In this document: in pieces, positions 13,615-51,071 of the stretch | Layout: each line of letters starts with the position of its first letter | Numbering within the stretch: position 1 is the first letter of the stretch | From: Phyllobates terribilis | Taxonomy: Eukaryota | DNA: 64,000 nucleotides | Assembly (NCBI RefSeq): GCF_046119375.1 | Contig: NW_027362773.1 | Span: 211,048,001-211,112,000 of the forward strand | Direction: 5' to 3' | Program-made: the position numbers and the translations under genes | Notes under the pieces: model-generated | Database searches by the model: none | The model's input: the letters and a program-made list of their open reading frames with translations, nothing else | Told to the model about the DNA's origin: nothing

Positions 13615-15236
13615 CAGTACAGACCAAAAGTTTGGACACACCTCATTTAAAGATTTTTCTGTATTTTCATGACTATGAAAATTGTACATTCACATTGAAG
13701 GCATCAAAACTATGAATTAACACATGTGGAATTATATACTTAACAAAAAAGTGTGAAACAACTGAAAATATGTCTTATATTCTAGGTTCTTCAAAGTAGC
13801 CACCTTTTGCTTTGATGACTGCTTTGCACACTCTTGGCATTCTCTTGATGAGCTTCAATAGGTAGTCACCGGAAATGGTTTTCACTTCACAGGTGTGCCC
13901 TGTCAGGTTTAATAAGTGGGATTTCTTGCCTTATAAATGGGGTTGGGACCATCAGTTGTGTTGTGCAGAAGTCAGGTGGATACACAGCTGATAGTCCTAC
14001 TGTATAGACTGTTAGAATTTGTATTATGGCAAGAAAAAAGCAGCTAAGTAAAGAAAAACGAGTGGCCATCATTACTTTAAGAAATGAAGGTCAGTCAGTG
14101 CGAAAAATTGGGAAAACTTTGAAAGTGTCCCCAAGTGCAGTTGCAAAAACCATCAAGCGCTACAAAGAAACTGGCTCACATGAGGACCGCCCCAGGAAAG
14201 GAAGACCAAGAGTCACCTCTGCTTCTGAGGATAAGTTTATCCGAGTCACCAGCCTCAGAAATCGCAGGTTAACAGCAGCTCAGATTAGAGACCAGGTCAA
14301 TGCCACACAGAGTTCTAGCAGCAGACACATCTCTTCAACAACTGTTAAGAGGAGACTTTGTGCAGCAGGCCTTCATGGTAAAATAGCTGCTAGGAAACCA
14401 CTGCTAAGGACAGGCAACAAGCAGAAGAGACTTGTTTGGGCTAAAGAACACAAGGAATGGACATTAGATCAGTGGAAATCTGTGCTTTGGTCTGATGAGT
14501 CCAAATTTGAGATCTTTGGTTCCAACCACCGTGTCTTTGTGCGACGCAGAAAAGGTGAACGGATGGACTCTACATGCCTGGTTCCCACCGTGAAGCATGA
14601 AGGAGGTGTGATGGTGTGGGGGTGCTTTGCTGGTGACACTGTTGGGGATTTATTCAAAATTGAAGGCATACTGAACCAGCATGGCTACCACAGCATCTTG
14701 CAGCGGCATGCTATTCCATCCGGTTTGCGTTTAGTTGGACCATCATTTATTTTTCAACAGGACAATGACCCCAAACACACCTCCAGGCTGTGTAAGGGCT
14801 ATTTGACCAAGGAGGAGAGTGATGGGGTGCTACACCAGATGACCTGGCCTCCAGTCACCAGACCTGAACCCAATTGAGATGGTTTGGATGGAGCTGGACC
14901 GCAGAGTGAAGGCAAAAGGGCCAACAAGTGCTAAGCATCTCTGGGAACTCCTTCAAGATTGTTGGAAGACCATTTCCGGTGACTACCTCTTGAAGCTCAT
15001 CAAGAGAATGCCAACAGTGTGCAAAGCAGTCATCAAAGCAAAAGGTAGCTACTTTGAAGAACCTAGAATATAAGACATATTTTCAGTTGCTTCACACTTT
15101 TTTGTTAAGTATATAATTCCACATGTGTTAATTCATAGTTTTGATGCCTTCAGTGTGAATGTACAATTTTCATAGTCATGAAAACACAGAAAAATCTTTA
15201 AATGAGAAGGTGTGTCCAAACTTTTGGTCTGTACAG
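13615..15236 (+). mobile_element. Tc1 transposon family A, full length, frameshifted transposase
   Basis: TA-flanked, starts CAGTACAGACCAAAAGTTTGG. TIRs of ~265 bp at 13615-13879 and 14969-15236. Transposase 14026-15073 ([20 protein letters not shown]) has a 2-bp deletion near 14850. Confidence 0.93.
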
Positions 15237-15246
15237 TATATATATT

Positions 15247-16535
15247 AGTACTGAAGTGTAATTGATTCTTTATACAAAAGCCTTTGTTGGTGATGAAGCT
15301 TCAAGATGTCTCCTGTATGGAGAAGAAACTAGTCGCAGGCATCGCTCAGGTGTGATTTTGGCCCATTCTTCCACACAAACACTTCACATCCTGAAGGCCC
15401 CGTGGGCTCCTTCTATGAACTCTGAGCTTTAGTTCTTTCCATAAGTTTCCTATTGGATTCAGGTCGGTGATCGGCTCGGCCATTCCAGCAGCTTTATTTT
15501 TTTTCACTGAAACCAATTGAGTTTCCTTGGCTGTGTGTTTTGGATCATTATCTTGCTGAAATGTCCACTCTCGTTTCATCTTCGTCATCCTGGTAGATGG
15601 CAGCAGATTGTTTTCAAGAATAAATCAGTACATTTGTCCATTAATCCTTCCTTCAATTATATGAAGTTTGTTAGTGCCGTATACTGAAAAATAGCCCCAC
15701 ATCATGATTTTCCCATCTCAAACTGCATTGTTGGTATGGTGTTTTGGGGTAATATGCAGTGCCTTTTGGCCTCCAAACATGGTGTGTATTATGGCATCCA
15801 AATAGTTCAATTCTGGTCTCCTCTGACCAGACTATATTCTCCCAGTATTTCACTGGCTTGTTGAAATGTAGTTGAGCAAACTTCAAATTTGCGAGAACAT
15901 GGTTTTTGCTCAGAAATGGAGTCTTGTATGGTGAGCATGCATTCAGGCCATGGTGGTTGTGTGCTGAGCGTGCATAGAAGCCATGGGAGCACTTGGTCAT
16001 GGCTGATTTATAGTGAAATTATGTTCTTTCCACTTCCGGTTTATGGTCCCAGCAGTGCATAATGGAATCTTCTGTAGTTTGGAAATTCTTTTGTAACCAA
16101 TGCCATCGGTAGGTTTTGCAACAATAAGGTTGTAAAGGTCTTGAAACACCTCACTGGTTTTACCCATCATGAGATGTTTCTTGTGTGGCCCCTTAGTAAT
16201 GAGACACCTTTTTATAGGCTATCAGTTGAACCAGCTGATACTATTGTTCATCAAGTGGCAGGATTGCTTATTAGTTACTAATAGATTTCAGCTGGTGTCA
16301 GGACTTTCCAGGGCTTTTTGCTCCTCTTTCTTCATGTGTTCAATTCTTTTTCCCTGGGTCATTTCTGAATATTACTCATAATTTAATTTATGGACATTTA
16401 TGATTCTATTTCTTTGCCTGCGTGGATTGGATGGGTTGTTAGCAACATCTGGTGAGAATTTCATGTCAATAGTACCTTTAGAAATAGATTTGCTTAGAAA
16501 ATTGGTGACGTGTTCAATACTTATTTCACCCGCTG
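15247..16535 (-). mobile_element. Degenerate Tc1 element (separate family), 3'-truncated
   Basis: The minus strand starts CAGCGGGTGAAATAAGTATTGAACAC at 16535. ORF fragments 15671-16000 (WSEETRIELFG) and 15346-15588 ([18 protein letters not shown]) are broken by frameshifts. Confidence 0.8.
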
Positions 16536-16595
16536 CATATGCATCTCTCTCTTTCTATGTTTACTCTGAAAATCCATCTCAGAAAGGCTGTATAA

Positions 16596-17138
16596 TCTGT
16601 CACGTCTGTCACATGTGCTCAGTGTGAACCTGCTTTCATCTGTTAAGAGCACAGGGCGCCAATGGCGACTTTGCCAATCCTGGTGTTCTGTGGCAAATGC
16701 CAAGCGTCCTGCACGGTGTTGGGCTGTGAGCACAACCCCCATCTGTAGACGTCGGGCCCTCATACCACCCTCATGGAGTCGGCTTCTAACCGTTTGTGCA
16801 GACACATGCACATTTGTGGCCTGCTGGAGGTCATTTTGCAGGGCTCTGGCAGTGGTCCTCCTGTTCCTCCTTGCACAAAGGCGGAGGTAGCGGTCCTGCT
16901 GCTGGGTTGTTGCCCTCCTACTGCCCCCTGCACGTCTCCTGGTAGCGCCTCCAGCCTCTGGACACTACGCTGACAGACACAGCAAACCTTCTTGCCACAG
17001 CTCGCATTGATGTGCCATCCTGGATGAGCTGCACTACCTGAGAAACTTCTGTGGGTTGTAGAGTCCGTCTCATGCTACCACGAGTGTGAAAGCACAACCA
17101 ACATTCAAAAGTGACCAAAACATCAGCCAGAAAGCATT
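16596..17138 (-). mobile_element. Internal fragment of Tc1 family D (5' part of transposase)
   Basis: Nearly identical to parts of 26450-27290 and 36609-37840. No TIRs. Has a 20-bp deletion between GTCTCCTGG microhomologies. Confidence 0.88.
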
Positions 17139-20031
17139 ATTATACAAAATCACACACTTTTGAAAATGTATATCCATGAATTACACACAATTTCAGCAAT
17201 GAGATCCGCCCTGGGGTGTCTGCAGTGTAAAGGACCCCCCCCAGTGCACATTGGACAAGACAGCCATGAAGCAGATCCCCATCTGTTAACAGAACCAGAA
17301 GCAAACAAGTGAACGATTAGGAAATCTGCTGCAGACACGTGACATACATGTATTTGTGGTATTTACTGTGGCACTGTCTTAGGAAATGAACCAAGCTACT
17401 GGGAAGTGTCAGGCTGATAGATCCGATTCCTAACGCGCACTTTATAAATGGTTCCTGAACTATCAGCAACATTGTTCTTCGAGAATATAACATTTTTAAA
17501 AGCAGATTCATAAACGGATTTTACAATACACACACTGCATAACAATATTAAATAGAACTTAGACCTGTTGAGGCCAATGTACTTACCTTGAAAATTCATA
17601 GGTTGTTTTGTTTTTTTTTTTTTGTTTTTTTTGCGTCGGGCCTAATTAGTAGAAGTGATGAAGATGCTGGCAGGTAGGAGGCGGTTCACAGGACTCCTGG
17701 TTGGCAGATATGGAATACTAATGTGAACACTTGTGAATGGATTCGCTCATCTCCAAGTGTACTTAGTCTCCGCCCAGTCTGACAGCTGCAGCTTGTACTA
17801 AGCAGTGAGAGACTTCACCAGAAACAGGGAGGAGGGACCCTGAGGAGCCATCATTCAGGCCAGGTGAGGATGAGAGCAAGTTAAACTTTTACAAAGGATT
17901 TTACAGCCTTTCTGAGATGGATTTTCAGAGTAAACATCATTATTATCAGGTCCAAGATCTATGTAATAATATAAGGATACACACAGATTTACTATATTGA
18001 CAGGGATATAATGAGTTACATGCAACATTATGGACTGCAGCTGTCATGCAGACCCGGACCCCCACCCAATCAGTTATGGGGCCCCATTCAGGGTATTTTA
18101 CTGTACCATAGACATCCTCATGAGTCGGGTACTGCAGTAAAAGGGTCGGTCGTGCTCCAGTAGAAACCACTGACTAGTTTGGTTTGAGGTTTCAGATCAA
18201 ATTTATGGGCCCATTTTAAGGAAGGTGCAGTCATTTGTGTGCATAGTCTCTTACCTTACTATCACCGGACACCTTTGTCCGCCACCTCCTGACAGGTTAA
18301 CAAACCACATCCAATACCAGAGATGTAAGAATTACCAGAATTTATTTGGAAACGTAAATACAAACATTTCTTTACAGATAAATTACACCCAAAAAAACAA
18401 AAAAAGACAGTGGAAAAAAAGAGGCAATTTGGTAAAAAGTAAAAAAAAAAAAAAAAAAAGAAGAAAATAATGCACAAAATTTACATTTGGGAAGCCTAAA
18501 AACAAAGTATGCTGGGAGAAGAGGTGGCACGAATCATATAGGGAAACAGCACAAAAGCAGGAACAACCTATTAGAAGGAAAAATAACTACTTTCTTCCAA
18601 AAACAGCACCTTTTCTTTCCGCAGGTTGTTATGATATAGCAGCTCAGTCCTAAAAACAAAATAAATGAGCTGCAATGCCAGACACAACCTGTAGGCAAGT
18701 GTGACGCTGCTAGTAAAAGAAATCAGCCATGTTTTTCTGATCCTGGACATTCCCTTTAATTATTTGCATTGGACACCAACCACTGGGAAAACATAACCGG
18801 AGGCCCCATGTAGTGTTGTTTGATAGAACATCTCCCCCTGAAAAAAAAATACCTATAAAACATAAATTCCTGAGTTTTTGCTTCTTGTGTGAACTAAGTT
18901 TTTGAGAAAATAGTCAATTAAAAAAAAAAGGTTAGGAGGACCTTGATCAAGAGGCCACGTCGGTGGGTTCTGGCACCCGGACCACAGCACTGCGGACCTC
19001 CTACCTGCGACATTCCCGGGCCTCTTACAAATAGTAGGTGTCCTCGATGTCACGCATGCATCGAGCTGCAGAGTAATGACGTCATGGAGTCTTCTAATCC
19101 GAAAAAGGGACAGAAATGGCGGCAGGTACGAGGTGGTCGCAGGGCTCGAGTTTGGTGGCCACGAGTCCTGCAAAATAACCAATATGGCCCACAGCAATCT
19201 GTCAGAAAAAGGGAGCCATGATTGCTAATGATTTTCACGGAATTTTTAGGGGGGAGATGCTCTTTATGAAGCACATGCCACATCCACCTGCATCACTACC
19301 TATATGGATATGAAGGCCTTAATGTTCCTATGATCTACCACAGCGAGCATGGCATTGCCCCCAGCATATTAAAGGTTAACAGGCACAAGACATTAACCCA
19401 TTCTGCACAGGAGGTTAGAGCAATAAGCAGACAAGTCCACATGGGTGCAAGTTCAGGATTCGGGGTTCATACCCTGCTTCACAATTATTACAATATCCCA
19501 TATACAGTCATTACGTTTACAACCTCACACAGACTTTTTGATTTTGTGAGAGAACGCGGGTAGGGGGGAGATGGGACACGGTATTGTGTCTCTGGCACAT
19601 ATAGAATATGGATATGTCTCCTTTTAAGATGTGAGGACAGAAAGTAAAATACAACCTTCAGTGTGGGAGGAAGCACTTATTAATATAGAGCTATTTGTGA
19701 GATCACCCCGGATGTGATGATCAGCGGCCTGTGCGTCCCCTGATCACTAAGGTTCTCTCATTCCCAGCAAGGCATCAGGGAGGCAGGAAGAATAAGAGAA
19801 TAGAATATTTGTACAGTATCCCTCCATATGAAATGCTAATCCTAGGCTGAAATCCATGCATCGAGGCCACCGACATGGGGGCTTCAGCTTCCGAGACTGC
19901 TGAGAAACTATAAAAGGCATTAGCAGAGCAATCCCGGGGCCCAAGATTCTCCCATTATTTATTGGTGAAGGCCACAAGTGATAAAGTGACCACGTTGTAC
20001 CCCAGGCAGGAGAGGGCAAAGCAGCGAGACT

Positions 20032-34407
<14,376 letters not shown>

Positions 34408-35726
34408 CCCGAGCTCTTCTGTCGGCAGCACTACACAAGCGACACTTCCGGGTTCTGTCAACTGCTCTCCCTCCCAACTCGCGCGATGAGATGACGTCAC
34501 TCCCGCCTGCGACTTGGTCACGTGAGCTCAGCTTCCCGATAACCCATCACGTGACCTCTCTCATAGTCACGTGGTCTCTCCAGGTCCTGATAATAACGTG
34601 ACGTCACCAAGCAACTGTTCAGTGGCCCTCACAGCCCCAGGGGCTCCCCAAGGGCCCCTCACAGCGCCATTTCTCCTTCTCACCTATTACTTTTCTGTAT
34701 TCTCCGGTCTGTGCAGTTGTTTCCGGGGCTTTTTCTCTCCCACACATTTGTTAACATTTTGGGGTCTGCACGACATTCTCTTCTATTAATATTCTATTTT
34801 TTTTACCAAAAAAAATAACCGTTTCTGCCATATTTTTTTCCATTTCAATGTTCACGGTAATCTTCCATTATTTCGCATGAGGCGATAACAAATACGGCAT
34901 TTTTTTTACATTTTATTAATTTTACAGGAAAAAGTAGAGGCGGAGGGGACTTTATATCATTTCTTATTTTTTTTATTTTATTTTGTATTAGGAACGGCAC
35001 TCGAATATAAAAAAAAAGGAAAAATATTAAAAAAAAGAAAAAATATATATATATTTTTTTATATTTTTCCTTTTTTTATATTCAGGTGCCGACTCTGACT
35101 AATAGAAAAAAAAAGGAAAAATACTAAAATAGAAAATAAAAAAATGATATAAATGTCCCGCGCCCTTCTCCTTCATACATTCATGGCTGGAGGGACCCCC
35201 GCTACTTGCCCGGGTTTGCCAGATGTTGGCACCGGCACTGGTAAAGCCCCAACTAAAACAAGGGGCCCCCAGCATATAAGACTGATGGCCACTGACAATG
35301 ACAACAAATAGGCAGAAAAAAGTGACTTGAAAAAAAATAAGTGAAAATTATAAATCAGGGCCATCACTTTTTGAAGATAGATGATAGATACAACAGATAG
35401 ATAATGGACATAAAATAGANNNNNNNNNNNNNNNNNNNNNNNNNNNNNNNNNNNNNNNNNNNNNNNNNNNNNNNNNNNNNNNNNNNNNNNNNNNNNNNNN
35501 NNNNNNNNNNNNNNNNNNNNNNNNNNNNNNNNNNNNNNNNNNNNNNNNNNNNNNNNNNNNNNNNGCTGCACTGGTTACTGCTGCTTTCCCCCAGTGCGCC
35601 TGTCATTACTACTTGCAGCCACCAGAGGGCGCCCGCATCCCATCTCTTCCTTACACCCAGAGCGCACAGGCCTCAGAGCCTCGGACTTTCCTGCAGGCCG
35701 GACCGTGCAAGCTCCTTCCGTGTACA
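34408..35726. promoter_or_regulatory. Head-to-head chmp1a/cdk10 promoter region
   Basis: CpG-rich near both start codons. ACTTCCGG ETS-like site near 34444, TGACGTCA at 34492 and 34599, CACGTG at 34519, 34548 and 34568, and CTCF-like CCACCAGAGGGCGC at 35619-35632. Confidence 0.75.
35420..35564. other. Assembly gap (145 N)
   Basis: Run of N between the chmp1a and cdk10 first exons. Confidence 1.
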
Positions 35727-45570
<9,844 letters not shown>

Positions 45571-45571
<1 letters not shown>

Positions 45572-46210
45572 CGGCACGCGGGACTGCACAACACGCTGCA
45601 TGGCGGGACACCGGCTCATCATCGGCCCGGTACAGCAGGATCATGGACGGCCTGCGGGACTCCACAACACGCTGCATGGCGGGACACCTTCTCATCATCG
45701 GCTCAGTACAGCAGGATCATGGACGGCACAATGTGCTGCATGGCGGGACACTGGCTCATCATCGGCCCGGTACAGCAGGATCATGGACGGCACAATGTGC
45801 TGCATGGCGGGACACCTTCTCATCATCGGCCCAGTACAGCAGGATCATGGACGGCACAATGTGCTGCATGGCGGGACACCTTCTCATCATCGGCCCAGTA
45901 CAGCAGGATCATGGACGGCACAATGTGCTGCATGGCGGGACACCTTCTCATCATCGGCCCAGTACAGCAGGATCATGGACGGCACAATGTGCTGCATGGC
46001 GGGACACCGGCTCATCATCGGCCCGGTACAGCAGAATCATGGACGGCACAATGTGCTGCATGGCGGGACACCTTCTCATCATCGGCCCAGTACAGCAAGA
46101 TCATGGACGGCACGAGGGACTCCACAACATGTTTCATAGGACTCACTGTGAGAAATGGTGGCAGCGGGGCACCGGGTCATCTCAGCCCGGTACAGCAGGA
46201 TCATGGACCG
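45571..46210 (+). repeat. 64-bp tandem repeat starting at the cdk10 stop codon (3' UTR)
   Basis: GGACGGCACA recurs with period 64 (45721, 45785...). About 9 copies, with degenerate outer units. Confidence 0.92.
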
Positions 46211-46461
46211 GTGATCCCGACTGTATGTGATCAGGAACGCTGCAAGGGTCAGTACCTGGTGACGGGGACAGGCTCACCCCCAGTGGGTGCAAAGCATGAA
46301 ATCTCATCACATCACTGGAGATTATAAAGATCCCAAATGTATCTGTGCTACTAATACACTTTTATCTTTGCTTTTTTTGTCCTGATGCACAAGAAACATG
46401 TGTCTCCATTATACTCCAGAGCTGCATTCGCAGCTTAGCTGAGCCCATCTTCATAAATACA

Positions 46462-47766
46462 AGATAAGTAATGTATGTACAGCAGAATAGTGAGTGCAGC
46501 TCTGGAGTATAACACAGAATTTAACTCAGGATCAGTAATGTAATGTATGTACACAGTGACTGCACCAGCAGAATAGTAAGTGCAGCTCTGGAGTATAATA
46601 CAGGACGTAACTCAGGATCAGTAATGTAATGTATGTACACAGTGACTGCACCAGCAGAATAGTAAGTGCAGCTCTGGAATATAATACAGGATGTAACTCA
46701 GGATCAGTAATGTAATGTATGTACACAGTGACTGCACCAGGAGAATAGTGAGTGCAGCTCTGGAGTATAATACAGGATGTAACTCAGGATCAGTACAGGA
46801 TAAGTAATGTATTGTATGTACACAGTGACTGCACCAGCAGAATAGTGAGTGCAGCTCTGGAGTATAATACTGGACGTAACTCAGGATCAGTAATGTAATG
46901 TATGTACACAGTGACTGCACCAGAATAGTGAGTGCAGCTCTGGCGTATAATACAGGATGTAACTCAGGATCAGTAATGTAATGTATGTACACAGTGACTG
47001 CACCAGCAGAATAGAGAGTGCAGCTCTGGAGTATAATACAGGATGTAACTCAGGATCACTAATGCAATGTATGTACACAGTGACTGCACCAGCAGAATAG
47101 TGAGTGCAGCTCTGGAGTATAATGCTGGATGTAACTCAGAATCAGTACAGGATAAGTAATGTAATGTAATGTATGTACACAGTGACTGCACCAGCATAAT
47201 AGTGAGTGCAGCTCTGGAGTATAATACAGGATGTAACTCATGATCAGTAATGTATGTACACAGTGACTGCACCAGCAGAATAGTGAGTGCTGCTCTGGAG
47301 TATAATACAGGATGTAACTCAGGATCAGTACAGGATCAGTAATGTAATGTATGTACACAGTGACTGCACCAGCATAATAGTGAGTGCAGCTCTGGAGTAT
47401 AATACAGGATGTAACTCAGGATCAGTAATGTATGTACACCGTGACTGGACCAGCAGAATAGTGAGTGCAGCTCTGGAGTATAATTAAGGATGTAACTCAG
47501 GATCAGTAATGCAATGTATGTACACAGTGACTGCACCAGCAGAACAGTGAGTGCAGCTCTGGAGTATAATACAGGATGTAACTGAGGATCAGTAATGTAA
47601 TGTATGTACACAGTGACTGCACCAGCAGAACAGTGAGTGCAGCTCTGGAGTATAATACAGGATGTAACTCAGGATCAGTAATGTATGTACAGTGACTGCA
47701 CCAAGCAGAATAGTGAGTGCAGCTCTGGGGTACAATTCAGATGTAAATTGGGATCAGTACAGGATG
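46462..47766. repeat. ~86-bp satellite array 1
   Basis: Unit TGCACCAGCAGAATAGTGAGTGCAGCTCTGGAGTATAATACAGGATGTAACTCAGGATCAGTAATGTAATGTATGTACACAGTGAC with small indels. Confidence 0.95.
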
Positions 47767-47859
47767 TAATTTACATTCCTCAACAATGAAATTACAACAC
47801 CAAGGAGCAAAAGTTGGAATGAAAAGTAGCAGGGATCCGGCTACCGTATATTATGCCTT

Positions 47860-48290
47860 CCCACGCAATAATGCTGGGAATAGTATTGGTGTGACATTTC
47901 CTCATTAAGGCCTCTTCATGGTATGGCCTACATAGTCTGCAGAGCAATCTCCAGCTATCATTGTGTCTAAGACAGAAGCAGGACTCATTGCTGGAGAGGA
48001 CAGACCTCCCCTCCGGCCTCCATTGCAGTCTTGCTCTTCACCATGATGGCCTTTGATGGCGCGGGCTCAGAGGAGCGGCTGGAGCTGGAGGTCCGGCACA
48101 TAGCCCAATGCTGTGCAGACCCCTGATGGTTTATGTGGACTCCTTAGACTTGGGATGTGACATCTAATACACCTGCTGTACAGAATGGATCAATCATGGA
48201 ACCAGTTACGGCCATTTCTCCAAAGTGTTCCAGGAGCTGGGTAACACGACAGCTCCACTAATATTCTCTGCCTCCTATTGGATCTGGGCC
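47860..48290 (-). mobile_element. Old Tc1-like transposase remnant
   Basis: Minus-strand translation contains WRPEGRSVLSSNESCFCLRHND, resembling the WRSVLFSDESRFCL motif. Confidence 0.55.
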
Positions 48291-48326
48291 ATATTTCTGG
48301 TCCTTATTTTTATCATAGTCTTTGTA

Positions 48327-49942
48327 CAGTACAGACCAAAAGTTTGGACACACCTCATTTAAAGATTTTTCTGTATTTTCATGACTATGAAAATTGTACA
48401 TTCACACTGAAGGCATCAAAACTATGAATTAACACATGTGGAATTATATACTTAACAAAAAGTGTGAAACAACTGAAAATATGTCTTATATTCTAGGTTC
48501 TCCAAAGTAGCCACCTTTTGCTTTGATGACTGCTTTGCACACTCTTGGCATTCTCTTGATGAGCTTCAAGAGGTAGTCACCGGAAATGGTCTTTCAACAA
48601 TCTTGAAGAAGTTCCCAGAGATGCTTAGCACTTGTTGGCCCTTTTGCCTTCACTCTGCGGTCCAGCTCACCCCAAACCATCTCGATTGGGTTCATGTCTG
48701 GTGACTGTGGAGGCCAGGTCATCTGGCGTAGCCCCCCATCACTCTCCTTCTTGGACAAATAGCCCTTACACAGCCTGGAGGTGTGTTTGGGGTCATTGTC
48801 CTGTTGAAAAATAAATGATGGTCCAACTAAACGCAAACCGGATGGAATAGCATGCCGCTGCAAGATGCTGTGGTAGCCATGCTGGTTCAGTATGCCTTCA
48901 ATTTTGAATAAATCCCAAACAGTGTCACCAGCAAAGCACCATCACACCTCCTCCTCCATGCTTCACGGTGGGAGCCAGGCATGTAGAGTCCATCCGTTCA
49001 CCTTTTCTGCGTCGCACAAAGACACGGTGGTTGGAACCAAAGATCTCAAATTTGAACTCATCAGACCAAAGCACAGATTTCCACTGGTCTAATGTCCATT
49101 CCTTGTGTTCTTTAGCCCAAACAAGTCTCTTCTGCTTGTTGCCTGTCCTTAGCAGTGGTTTCCTAGCAGCTATTTTACCATGAAGGCCTGCTGCACAAAG
49201 TCTCCTCTTAACAGTTGTTATAGAGATGTGTCTGCTGCTAGAACTCTGTGTGGCATTGACCTGGTCTCTAATCTGAGCTGCTGTTAACCTGCGATTTCTG
49301 AGGCTGGTGACTCGGATAAACTTGGCCTCGGAAGCAGAGGTGACTCTTGGTCTTCCTTTCCTGGGGCGGTCCTCATGTGAGCCAGTTTCTTTGTAGCGCT
49401 TGATGGTTTTTGCAACTGCACTTGGGGACACTTTCAAAAGTTTGCCCAATTTTTCACACTGACTGACCTTCATTTCTTAAAGTTATGATGGCCACTCGTT
49501 CTTCTTTACTTAGCTGCTTTTTTCTTGCCATAATACAAAGTCCTACTGACTAGACTGTTAGAATATCAGCTGTGTATCCACCTGACTTCTGCACAATACA
49601 ACTGATGGTCCCAACCCATTTATAAGGCAAGAAATCCCACTTATTAAACCTGACAGGGCACATCTGTGAAGTGAAAACCATTTCCGGTGACTACCTCTTG
49701 AAGATCATCAAGAGAATGCCAAGAGTGTGCAAAGCAGTCATCAAAGCAAAAGGTGGCTACTTTGAAGAACCTAAAATATAAGACATTTTCAGTTGTTTCA
49801 CACTTTTTTGTTAAGTATATAATTCCACATGTGTTAATTCATAGTTTTGATGCCTTCAGTGTGAATGTACAATTTTCTTAGTCATGAAAATACAGAAAAA
49901 TCTTGAAATGAGAAGGTGTGTCCAAACTTTTGGTCTGTACTG
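48327..49942 (-). mobile_element. Tc1 transposon family A, full length with TA TSD, frameshifted
   Basis: TA|CAGTACAGACC...GGTCTGTACTG|TA. ATG at 49531. The transposase is split into fragments (48925-49473, 48594-48863). Confidence 0.93.
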
Positions 49943-51071
49943 TATACCGCTATCAAAAGCATAAAATATAAGAAATCCAAAGCCCTGGTGGTACAGACGT
50001 AGAGTCGGGTTCTGTGCAGTACCTCCATTTTACTAAATAAAAGTTGATCTTCCCTACAAGATCTCATCATTGGCTCGGTGCATCTGAACAAGGGGATTTC
50101 TGCAATTTATCCGCTGCCCCTCCATTGCATTGCTGGGAATAGTTTGCAAATAGAGGACGCGTGGACAAAAAGAAATGTAAAACAGGGGATTTTTACCATT
50201 GGTTTTATTGTAGGTGCTCAGCAGCTGAATAGTTTTTGATTGCATATTAGTGGTGAAAAAAATAAAAATCACTTATAACTACTAATCCGATCAACAGAAT
50301 GAAGCCATATTGTAATTGTAAGTACATATTCTTCCTTGGATGATGGTATTGGCTCCCTAATAGGAAGTTGGACCACCAGGTAAGCTGATACACAAAACTG
50401 CGACACCGCCCTGTAGAGCCCACGGGGCTGCGACACCGCCCTGTAGAGCCCACGGGGCTGCGACACCATGCTAGAGTTGAGCAAAAAGAGTCACAGGACC
50501 CTGATCCATCAGGCTCTTCAATTCTGTTGCCCCCCACCCCCGAACAGAGACCTCCTCCTCCTACTACCTGCCATCCGGCATCATCGGCGCCTCTTCTGGT
50601 TAGTCAGCCTATCACGCAACCATGAAGACATTGTGCCGGGGGTACTAACCAGAAGAGGTGACAGATGGTAGAGCTGCAGGCTATGAGCCTCATCCTAACG
50701 TGGCCATTTGACCAGGATCCTGCAAATCTTTTTTACTCCACAAAAGCAAAAAAAAAAGAACAACTTGAAAAGCCGTGCTAAAAGTTTTGAACATAAGGTG
50801 CAAATATTAAAGCGACCAAAAGAAAAAAAAAAAAAAAAAAAAGAGCAAATTACTCCAGAATAACAACAATGATGAATCGGGGGCCGATCATGAATCGAGC
50901 CAATAGATTACGGAGCTTTTCTCTTGCAGAGGCAAATGAGCAGGATCACACGGCACATGGAGTGACCTGCGGAGGGGCTTTGTGCCGCCTCATAATTCTT
51001 CCTGTAGTGCACTAGTCAGACATTGGGACTATGAAATTACTCGTGGTCTGGACAGACCTGACTCTTACCCG

